Source: Sphingopyxis sp. (GTDB lineage Bacteria; Pseudomonadota; Alphaproteobacteria; Sphingomonadales; Sphingomonadaceae). Taken from it: a stretch of DNA of 64,000 bases. The stretch lies in assembly GCA_013911715.1 (NCBI GenBank), contig JACEST010000001.1:12-64011 (forward strand), written 5' to 3'. Positions 9,804 to 17,587 of the stretch are shown piece after piece. The notes beneath the pieces were generated by a model. It did not search any database. It worked only from the letters and a program-made list of their open reading frames with translations, and was not told where the DNA came from. The position numbers were made by a program, and so were the translations under genes. The stretch's first letter is position 1, and the number at the start of each line of letters is the position of its first letter.

Positions 9804-10094
9804 ATGAAAATCAACGTCGAAGTCGATTGCACGCCCGAAGAAGCCCGCCGCCTGTTCGGCCTGCCCGACCTGACCCCGCTGCACGCCATCTATCTGTCGC
9901 GCGTCGAGAAGTTGATGGAGAAGGGCATTACCCCCGATCTGGCCGAGAGCATGGTCAAAAACTGGGTGCCGATGGGCGAGGCGGGGATGGGGCTGGTCCA
10001 GTCGTTGCTCGGTCAATTTGGCGGCGCTATGCTGGGCGCAGGCAAGAAAGCCGGCGACGATGACGTCAAGCCGTCAGCTGCGCGGAAACGCTGA
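9804..10094 (+). CDS. DUF6489 family protein
   Basis: MKINVEVDCTPEEARRLFGLPD; GGAG RBS before ATG 9804. Confidence 0.85.
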   Translation: MKINVEVDCTPEEARRLFGLPDLTPLHAIYLSRVEKLMEKGITPDLAESMVKNWVPMGEAGMGLVQSLLGQFGGAMLGAGKKAGDDDVKPSAARKR

Positions 10095-11410
10095 CGGAGC
10101 CAACTATTTTAAAAGAAACAATTTTCGCGCTGTCGAGCGGGAGCCCGCCCGCGGGCGTTGCGGTCGTGCGGGTGAGTGGTCCGGCGGCAGCGAGCGCGCT
10201 CGCCGCGCTCGCGGGCGCGCCACCGCCGCCGCCGCGCCGGGCGGTGCTGCGGTCGTTGCGCCGGCCGGAAGATCAGTCGCTGCTCGACCGCGCGCTCGTG
10301 CTGTGGCTGCCCGGGCCAGCGAACGCGACCGGCGAAGATATGGCCGAGCTGCATCTGCACGGCGGGCGCGCGGTGGTCGCCGCAGTTCTCGCGGAACTCG
10401 GTGCGTTGCCGGGGCTGCGGATGGCTGAGGCGGGCGAATTCACCCGGCGCGGGCTGATCAATGGCCGGATCGACCTGGCCGAGGCCGAAGGATTGGCGGA
10501 TTTACTGGCGGCCGAAACCGAGAGCCAGCGGCGTCAGGCCTTGCTGGCGGTGAACGGGCAGGTGTCCGCGCAGATTTCGCAGTGGCAGCAGAGCTTGTTG
10601 CTGCTGGCGGCGCAGGCTGAAGCCGCGCTGGATTTTGCCGACGAGGAGGATGTGGCTTCCGAGGCAGCTGTGCTCACGCGAATTGCCCAGAAATCTGCCG
10701 AACTTCACACTGAAATGCAGGTCTGGCTGGCCCGGCCCGCCGCCGAGCGCATCCGCGACGGGCTGGTGGTGGTCATCGCGGGGCCACCCAATGCCGGAAA
10801 ATCAACCCTAATCAATGCTTTGGCGCAGAGAGAGGTGGCGATTGTGTCGCCATTGGCGGGTACCACGCGCGACATTGTCGAGGTGCCGCTCGCGCTGGAT
10901 GGGATTGCGATGCGCTTTGCCGACACGGCGGGGCTGCACGAAAGTTCGGTCGATGTCATCGAGAAGATCGGCATTGAGCGCGCAGCGCAGGCGATGGCGG
11001 CGGCAGATATTGTGCTGTGGCTGGGGCCTGTGGCCGATCGCCCGGCCCACCCGCATGTCATTACCATTTCGGCGCAAAGCGATCGCTTGCCGGTGGATAC
11101 TGCGGCGGACCTCGCAATGTCGGCGCAAAGTGGTGCGGGGATGGCGGCGCTGCATGGCGCGATTGTGGCGATGGCGCGAACGCTGCTGCCCGCCGAGGGG
11201 GAAGCGGCGCTGCACGTGCGCCAGCGTGCGGCGCTTGCCGAGGCCGCCGACTGGCTGGCGATTGGCGTCGATTCGCTCGAGGCGCGCGATCCGGTGCTGC
11301 TTGGCGAGCGGCTGCGGCTCGCGCGCGGCGCGCTCGATCGCATCACCGGGCGCGCCGGGGTTGAGGATATGCTCGATGCGCTGTTCGGGCGTTTTTGTAT
11401 TGGGAAGTAG
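10091..11410 (+). CDS. mnmE: tRNA modification GTPase MnmE (probable CTG start)
   Basis: TIFALSSG N-terminal motif upstream of first GTG, TGED..ELH.HGG, GPPNAGKS, GTTRD, DTAG, FCIGK terminus. Confidence 0.95.
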   Translation: MTEPTILKETIFALSSGSPPAGVAVVRVSGPAAASALAALAGAPPPPPRRAVLRSLRRPEDQSLLDRALVLWLPGPANATGEDMAELHLHGGRAVVAAVLAELGALPGLRMAEAGEFTRRGLINGRIDLAEAEGLADLLAAETESQRRQALLAVNGQVSAQISQWQQSLLLLAAQAEAALDFADEEDVASEAAVLTRIAQKSAELHTEMQVWLARPAAERIRDGLVVVIAGPPNAGKSTLINALAQREVAIVSPLAGTTRDIVEVPLALDGIAMRFADTAGLHESSVDVIEKIGIERAAQAMAAADIVLWLGPVADRPAHPHVITISAQSDRLPVDTAADLAMSAQSGAGMAALHGAIVAMARTLLPAEGEAALHVRQRAALAEAADWLAIGVDSLEARDPVLLGERLRLARGALDRITGRAGVEDMLDALFGRFCIGK

Positions 11411-11415
11411 CGGAG

Positions 11416-11431
11416 CGTTTCACGTGAAACA
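11416..11431. promoter_or_regulatory. parS: parS centromere site 1
   Basis: cGTTTCACGTGAAACa palindrome between mnmE and mnmG. Confidence 0.92.
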
Positions 11432-11491
11432 CTATGGCGGGGATCGCGCAGTGGATTTTCAAGCGCCATTACGCTAAGGGCGCAGCCAATC

Positions 11492-13351
11492 ATGGACCTC
11501 AGCAATCAATTTGATGTCATCGTCGTGGGCGGTGGCCACGCCGGAACCGAGGCCGCGGCTGCCGCGGCGCGGCTCGGCACGCGCGTCGCGCTGGTGAGCT
11601 TCGATCCCGCGCTGATCGGGACGATGTCGTGCAATCCGGCGATTGGCGGGCTGGGTAAGGGCCATCTGGTGCGCGAGGTCGATGCGCTGGGCGGCTGGAT
11701 GGCGCGCGCGGCCGATGCTTCCGCAATTCACTATCGCATGCTCAACGCGTCGAAGGGCGCGGCGGTGCGCGGGCCGCGTATCCAGGCGGATCGCAATCTT
11801 TACCGGTCGGCAATTCAAGCGATGATGGCGGCTGAGCCGAATATTCGTGTAATTGCGGGCGAGGTGGCAGCGCTGAGGCTGGAGGACAGTGATCGTCGCG
11901 TCGCGGGCATCCGCCTGGCGGGCGGCGAAATATTGCACGCACCGTCGGTAGTGCTCGCCACCGGAACCTTCCTGGGCGGCACCATGTTTCGCGGTGAAGA
12001 GCGGATGGTCGGCGGGCGCATCGGCGAGGACGGCGCGCATCAGCTGGCGGCGCAATTGCGCGCCGCCGACCTGCCGATGGCGCGGCTCAAGACGGGGACA
12101 CCGCCGCGCCTCGACGGGCGCACGATTGACTGGGCGGCGCTCGAGGAGCAGCCATCGGACGACCACGACTGGACTTTTTCCACGTGGAACAATCGGCGCA
12201 GCGTGCCGCAAATTGCCTGCGCGATCACGCGTACCAACGCGCGCAGCCATGCGATTATTGCCGAAAATCTGGACCGTTCGCCGCTGTTCAGCGGCGCGAT
12301 TGGCGCGGTTGGCCCGCGCTATTGCCCGTCGATTGAGGACAAGATCCACCGCTTTGCCGACCGCGATGGGCATCAGGTGTTTCTGGAACCCGAGGGACTC
12401 GATACGCATCTGGTCTATCCCAACGGCATTTCGACCTCGCTGCCCGCCGATGTTCAGCTGGCGATGCTGCGGACGATGGACGGGCTCGAGCGCGTCGAAA
12501 TGGTCGTGCCGGGCTATGCCGTCGAATATGACCATGTCGACCCGCGCGCGCTCGATCGCACGCTGCAATTGCGCGCGATAGCCGGGCTTTATTGCGCGGG
12601 ACAGATTAACGGGACGACCGGATATGAAGAGGCGGCGGCGCAGGGGTTGATTGCAGGAGCCAATGCGGCCCAAGCAGCGCTCGGCCGCGACACATTCATC
12701 CTCGACCGGAGTGAAAGCTATATCGGCGTGATGGTCGATGATCTGGTGTTGCAGGGCGTGACCGAGCCCTATCGCATGCTCACCGCGCGCGCCGAATATC
12801 GGTTGCGGCTTCGTGCCGACAATGCAGCGACCCGGCTGACGCCGCGTGGGCTGGCCATCGGGCTGGTTGACGGTGAAATTGCGGCCCAATTTGCGCGGCG
12901 CTACAGCCAAAGCGAGCAGGTTGCCGAGCGGTTCGCGGTGACGGCCGGCCGCGAGGATTATGCGCGGCTGGGCTTCGCCTGGCCTGCGGACGGTGTCGCG
13001 CGCTCGCGTGGTGAACTGGTAGCGCAGGGCGCAGACATTGCGGCGGTCGCGGGTCTCGACCCGGCGCTGGCCGACGTGCCTGAGACTATTGTCGCCGAGG
13101 TTGCCGAAGATATCCGCTACGCCCCCTATATTGCGCGGCACGACGCTGAGCTGCGCTCGCTCGCCGTTAATGAGGCGGTGCTGCTCGACCCAGCGCTCGA
13201 TTATCGCGGCATCGGTGGGCTGTCGAACGAGATGTTCGAACGACTCGCGCAGGCGCGGCCCGAAACTTTGGGGCAGGCGGGGCGAATTGCCGGAATCACC
13301 CCGGCGGCGCTGACCGCGATCTTGGTGCATAGCAAGCGGTCGGCGGCGTGA
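11492..13351 (+). CDS. mnmG: tRNA uridine 5-carboxymethylaminomethyl modification enzyme
   Basis: [45 protein letters not shown]. Confidence 0.98.
   Translation: MDLSNQFDVIVVGGGHAGTEAAAAAARLGTRVALVSFDPALIGTMSCNPAIGGLGKGHLVREVDALGGWMARAADASAIHYRMLNASKGAAVRGPRIQADRNLYRSAIQAMMAAEPNIRVIAGEVAALRLEDSDRRVAGIRLAGGEILHAPSVVLATGTFLGGTMFRGEERMVGGRIGEDGAHQLAAQLRAADLPMARLKTGTPPRLDGRTIDWAALEEQPSDDHDWTFSTWNNRRSVPQIACAITRTNARSHAIIAENLDRSPLFSGAIGAVGPRYCPSIEDKIHRFADRDGHQVFLEPEGLDTHLVYPNGISTSLPADVQLAMLRTMDGLERVEMVVPGYAVEYDHVDPRALDRTLQLRAIAGLYCAGQINGTTGYEEAAAQGLIAGANAAQAALGRDTFILDRSESYIGVMVDDLVLQGVTEPYRMLTARAEYRLRLRADNAATRLTPRGLAIGLVDGEIAAQFARRYSQSEQVAERFAVTAGREDYARLGFAWPADGVARSRGELVAQGADIAAVAGLDPALADVPETIVAEVAEDIRYAPYIARHDAELRSLAVNEAVLLDPALDYRGIGGLSNEMFERLAQARPETLGQAGRIAGITPAALTAILVHSKRSAA
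12176..12191. promoter_or_regulatory. parS: parS-like site 2 (inside mnmG)
   Basis: TTTTCCACGTGGAACA, one mismatch to TGTTCCACGTGGAACA. Confidence 0.7.
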
Positions 13352-14010
13352 CGCCGACGCCGCTGGTGACAGACGATGGTGCGGCGCGGGCCTGGCTGGT
13401 GGAGCGATTTGCGCCCAATACCGCGCAATGGGCTGCGCTTGATCGCTATGCCGCGCTGCTCGTCAATGCCAATGCCACACAGAATCTGGTCGCGGCATCC
13501 ACAGTGCCGACGCTGTGGGCGCGCCATATCGCTGATAGTGCGCAGCTGCTGTGCCATGATGATCCCGCCAGCGAAGGGCTGTGGCTCGATTTGGGCAGCG
13601 GGCCGGGACTGCCCGGGCTGGTGATCGCAATATTGACAGCGCGCCCGGTGTGGCTCGTCGAATCGCGTGCGCTGCGCTGTCGTTTTCTGAACGAGGCGAT
13701 CGCGGCGCTCGGGCTCGCACGGCGGGTGACGGTGCAAGCCATGCCGGTGGCGCGACTCGCCACCACGCGCGCGGCGACGATCAGCGCGCGTGCCTTCGCC
13801 CCGCTCGACCGGCTGATCGACTTATCCGCCCGTTTTTCCACCGATAACACGCGTTGGCTGCTCCCCAAGGGGCAAAATGCCGCAAAGGAACTGGCTTTGC
13901 TGACACCGGCATGGCAGAAGCTGTTTCACGTGGAACAGAGCCTGACCGATGCCGCCAGCGGGATCATTGTCGGGACGGGCACGGGGAAAGATCGGCGGAA
14001 AAACACATGA
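13348..14010 (+). CDS. rsmG: 16S rRNA m7G527 methyltransferase
   Basis: [26 protein letters not shown]. Confidence 0.95.
   Translation: MTPTPLVTDDGAARAWLVERFAPNTAQWAALDRYAALLVNANATQNLVAASTVPTLWARHIADSAQLLCHDDPASEGLWLDLGSGPGLPGLVIAILTARPVWLVESRALRCRFLNEAIAALGLARRVTVQAMPVARLATTRAATISARAFAPLDRLIDLSARFSTDNTRWLLPKGQNAAKELALLTPAWQKLFHVEQSLTDAASGIIVGTGTGKDRRKNT
13922..13937. promoter_or_regulatory. parS: parS site 3 (inside rsmG)
   Basis: TGTTTCACGTGGAACA matches consensus TGTTNCACGTGNAACA. Confidence 0.88.
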
Positions 14011-14789
14011 TTCGCATCGCGATAGCCAATCAGAAGGGCGGCGTGGGCAAGACCACCACGGCGATCAACCTCGCCACCGCGCTCGCCGCGTCGGGCTGGC
14101 GCACCTTGATCATCGATCTCGACCCGCAAGGCAATGCTTCAACCGGGCTCGGCATCAAGCAGGCACAGCGCCATGCTTCATCCTACGAGCTGCTGCGCGG
14201 CGACGTAACACTTGGCGAAGCAATTGTGCCGACGTCGATCCCGCGCCTCGCTATCGTGCCCGCGACCGTGGATTTGTCTGGTGCGGAAATTGAACTGATT
14301 GAATTTCAGGACCGGCTGCACCGGCTGCGCGCAGCGCTCACGGGGACGGAGGCGGCCAAGTGGGATATTTGCCTGATCGATTGCCCGCCATCGCTCGGGA
14401 TGTTGACGCTCAACGCAATGATCGCCGCCGAATCGCTGGTGGTGCCGATGCAATGCGAATTTTTCGCGCTCGAAGGACTCAGCCAGTTGCTCACTACCGT
14501 CGAGCGCATTCGCGGGCGTTTTAACCCCGGATTGTCGATTTTGGGTGTTGCCCTCACCATGTTCGACCGGCGCAACCGGCTGACCGACCAGGTTGCCGAC
14601 GATGTGCGCGCCTGCCTCGGTGGCATTGTTTTTTCGACCGTAATCCCGCGCAATGTGCGCCTGTCCGAAGCGCCCAGTCACGGCCTGCCTGCGCTGATCT
14701 ATGACCATCGCTGCTCGGGGTCCGAGGCCTATATCGCACTCGCGCGCGAGTTGATCGGTCGCCTCCCCGATCTGCGCAAGGCCGCTTAA
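14007..14789 (+). CDS. parA: Chromosome partitioning ATPase ParA
   Basis: NQKGGVGKTTT, DLDPQGNAS, DCPP, IPRNVRLSEAPS; ATGA overlap with rsmG. Confidence 0.97.
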   Translation: MIRIAIANQKGGVGKTTTAINLATALAASGWRTLIIDLDPQGNASTGLGIKQAQRHASSYELLRGDVTLGEAIVPTSIPRLAIVPATVDLSGAEIELIEFQDRLHRLRAALTGTEAAKWDICLIDCPPSLGMLTLNAMIAAESLVVPMQCEFFALEGLSQLLTTVERIRGRFNPGLSILGVALTMFDRRNRLTDQVADDVRACLGGIVFSTVIPRNVRLSEAPSHGLPALIYDHRCSGSEAYIALARELIGRLPDLRKAA

Positions 14790-15752
14790 ATGTCTGAAAA
14801 TGATAATGAAAAGCCAGAACCTGAAGCGCCGCGTAAGCGCCTGACGGGGCTGGGCCGGGGGCTCAACGCGTTGCTGGGTGACGCGCTGGGCGAGGTGAGC
14901 GTCGGCGCGGGCGGAATGGGGGCCGGCACCGCGCCGTCGGGTCCGGCTGCGGGTGAGGAGCGCGGCGTGGCCCGCATTGCAGTCGCCGCCATTCATCCGC
15001 TGCCCGGCCAGCCGCGCCGCCATTTTGCCGAAGCAGCCATCGCCGAGCTCGCCGATTCGATCCGGCTGCGCGGGTTGCTCCAGCCGGTGATCGTCCGACC
15101 CGCGCCCGACGGCAACGGCTATCAGTTGGTGGCGGGCGAACGCCGCTGGCGCGCGGCGCAGCGTGTCGGGCTGCACGATATTCCTGCGCTGGTGCGGCGG
15201 CTCGACGACGGCGCAACCTATGAAATTGCGCTGGTTGAAAATATCCAGCGGCAAGACCTGAACGCGATCGAAGAGGCGCTGGCCTATCGGCGCCTGATCG
15301 CCGATTTTGGTCATGGGCAGGAGGCACTGGCCAAGCTGGTCGGCAAATCGCGCAGCCATGTCGCCAATTTGCTGCGCCTGCTCGACCTGCCCGACACGGT
15401 GCAGCAACTGGTGGTCGAAGGCGCGCTGTCGATGGGGCATGCGCGCGCGCTGATCGGCCATCACGACGCCGTCGCTCTGGCGCAGCAGGCGGTGCGCGAC
15501 GGCTTGTCGGTGCGCGCGGTCGAGGCGCTAGCCCGGCGGATCGAGACGAAAAGTGCGAAGGGCAGCGCAAGGTCGCTCCCGCGCGCGCATGATGCCGATA
15601 TTGCCGCGGTCGAACGCCATCTGGCTGAACTGCTCGGGGTGGCGGTGGCGATCCAATATAAGGGCGCAGGCACCGGCGCGCTGACGCTGCGCTTCGCCAC
15701 GCTCGACCAGCTCGACATGATTTGCCAGCGGCTGAGCGGCGAATCGATTTGA
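14790..15752 (+). CDS. parB: Chromosome partitioning protein ParB
   Basis: GLGRGL, QPRR, GERRWRAA, ENIQRQDL, SRSHVAN HTH. Confidence 0.97.
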   Translation: MSENDNEKPEPEAPRKRLTGLGRGLNALLGDALGEVSVGAGGMGAGTAPSGPAAGEERGVARIAVAAIHPLPGQPRRHFAEAAIAELADSIRLRGLLQPVIVRPAPDGNGYQLVAGERRWRAAQRVGLHDIPALVRRLDDGATYEIALVENIQRQDLNAIEEALAYRRLIADFGHGQEALAKLVGKSRSHVANLLRLLDLPDTVQQLVVEGALSMGHARALIGHHDAVALAQQAVRDGLSVRAVEALARRIETKSAKGSARSLPRAHDADIAAVERHLAELLGVAVAIQYKGAGTGALTLRFATLDQLDMICQRLSGESI

Positions 15753-15897
15753 GCGCGCGCAGCCATTGGCGGCGAATCGGTGCAATATCCTGCGCCAGCA
15801 TGGGAAATGAAATGACTAGCCACGCGGGGCCGGATGCCGATGTTGCTACGTTGGCTATTGAAAACCATAGTCTTTTCCGGATATTCGCGCCGCCGTC

Positions 15898-15913
15898 GTA
15901 ACTCGCTGTTAAC
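15898..15913 (+). promoter_or_regulatory. CtrA-like box upstream of pilin gene
   Basis: GTAA-ctcgctg-TTAAC, one mismatch to TTAA-N7-TTAAC. Confidence 0.55.
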
Positions 15914-16012
15914 TACGCTCGCTTGCAAAAATGGAACCACTTCGGCGCTAAACCGGCGCTCGAATGGGGTGGGATTTCCATTCGCCAACATTTTCGCAAG
16001 GGACCAATTTCC

Positions 16013-16525
16013 ATGGCTAAGAAGTTTTTGAATCGCGCCGTGCTCGGCGCAGCGGTTGCAGCCGTGGCGCTGAGCGCCGGAACCGCGCACGCCGCATCGG
16101 CCACCGGTCAGGCCAAGGCGCGCATTTTGCGCCAGATCACCCTCACCAACACCAGCGACCTGCAATTCGCCACGATCATCAGCGGCGCGACCGCTTCGAC
16201 CGTGGTTGTGTCCACGGCGGGCGCCGCAACCTGTGGTTCGGGCCTGGTGTGCACCGGAACGACGACGGCTGCCAATTTTGACATCCAGGGCACCAACAAT
16301 GCGGTTGTGCTCGTCAGCGGCGATACGTCGGTAACCTTGACCGAACCGATTTCGTCGGCATTGATGGCGGCATCGCTCGACTATTCGACCAATTCGGTGA
16401 CCTTGAGCGCTGGCCCGGGTACCGTTGGCGGCAGCTTCCAGGTCGGTGGCACGCTGAACATCAGCGCCAACCAGGCTCCGGGCGACTATACCGGCACCTT
16501 CAACGTAACCGCCGACTATCAGTAA
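16013..16525 (+). CDS. DUF4402-like secreted protein, putative chaperone-usher pilin
   Basis: Signal peptide ending AHA, DLQF, Cys pair, Ser/Thr-rich, C-terminal GDYTGTFNVTADYQ with penultimate Tyr. Confidence 0.75.
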   Translation: MAKKFLNRAVLGAAVAAVALSAGTAHAASATGQAKARILRQITLTNTSDLQFATIISGATASTVVVSTAGAATCGSGLVCTGTTTAANFDIQGTNNAVVLVSGDTSVTLTEPISSALMAASLDYSTNSVTLSAGPGTVGGSFQVGGTLNISANQAPGDYTGTFNVTADYQ

Positions 16526-16533
16526 GCCTTTGC

Positions 16534-16618
16534 GCTGACTAGCTTTTCGGGCTAGTCAGCCAATGCTGAACCTTTGCGGGGAGTCACCGGTCATGGCCGG
16601 TGGCTCCCTTTGCTTTTT
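16534..16618 (+). terminator. Tandem stem-loops / intrinsic terminator after pilin gene
   Basis: GCTGACTAGC-N7-GCTAGTCAGC (16534-16560), then GGGAGTCACCGG-N6-CCGGTGGCTCCC followed by TTTGCTTTTT. Confidence 0.65.
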
Positions 16619-16734
16619 GGTTAACCCATCTCTCCGCAAATATGCTTAGCAAAATATCAACCATAAGCGGGCATCCCGGGTGGGTTCGCGCGGGGCCGGT
16701 CACGGCGCTGGCGCGCCATTGCCGGAGAAAGTTG

Positions 16735-17556
16735 ATGACCTGCCGCCTGATTGTCCCTTGCCTCACCGTGCTGGCGTTGCTGGTGCCGACGACGCCCGCC
16801 TTTGCCGCTGGCGACCTGCTTGTCGCGCCGACCCGTGTGGTGCTTGACGGATCGCGCGGTACCGAGGTGGTGCTCAACAATATCGGAAGCACAGCCGCGA
16901 CCTATCGCATCAGCCTTGAGGTCAAGCGGATGACCGGGCAGGGTGGCCTTGAAGAAATCGCCGAGACCGAGGTCAACGCTGCCGAGCGCGCCGCGCTCGA
17001 TATGATCAGTTTTTCGCCGCGGCGCGTGACATTGCCGCCCAACCAGCCGCAGGTTATCCGGGTGGGCGTGCGCCTGCCCGAAGGCATCGCGCCGGGCGAA
17101 TATCGGGTCCATATGCTGTTCCGCGCCATTCCCGACACGGTCGCCGCCACCGATCAGGTCAAGGCCTCGTCGGGCGGGGTATCGGTCGCATTGACCCCGA
17201 TTTACGGCATCACCATCCCCGTCATCGTCCGGGTTGGCGACCTTTCGGCGACCGCGAGCATCGGAAAGGCGGCGATCGTTGATGAAGGCGGTCAGCCGCA
17301 TTTCGCCTTTGATTTGGCACGCGCGGGCAACCGTTCGGTTTACGGCGACATCGAAGTGACGCGGCCGGGGGTCAAAGATCCGCTATTTCTGGCGCGCGGA
17401 ATCGCCGTTTATCCCGAAGTGACCGACCGACGCGTGGCAATTCCCGTGCCCGCCGATGTGGCCGCCGCGCTCAAGGGGCCGGTGCGCATCCGTTACACCG
17501 AAGATCGCGAACTGGGCGGCGGCACCATCGCCGAAGCCAGTCTGACAGTCGAATAA
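16735..17556 (+). CDS. Periplasmic pilus assembly chaperone (PapD/EcpB-like)
   Basis: Signal peptide (AFA), LLVAPTRVVL, SPRRVTLPP..QVIR, GEYR.H..F, ITIPVIVR; GGAG RBS before ATG 16735. Confidence 0.75.
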   Translation: MTCRLIVPCLTVLALLVPTTPAFAAGDLLVAPTRVVLDGSRGTEVVLNNIGSTAATYRISLEVKRMTGQGGLEEIAETEVNAAERAALDMISFSPRRVTLPPNQPQVIRVGVRLPEGIAPGEYRVHMLFRAIPDTVAATDQVKASSGGVSVALTPIYGITIPVIVRVGDLSATASIGKAAIVDEGGQPHFAFDLARAGNRSVYGDIEVTRPGVKDPLFLARGIAVYPEVTDRRVAIPVPADVAAALKGPVRIRYTEDRELGGGTIAEASLTVE

Positions 17557-17587
17557 GGCAGCAGCGGCGCCCGAGGGCATAGCGCAG

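Noticed and set aside
11474-13330. 618 aa minus-strand ORF
   Set aside because: Antisense shadow of mnmG
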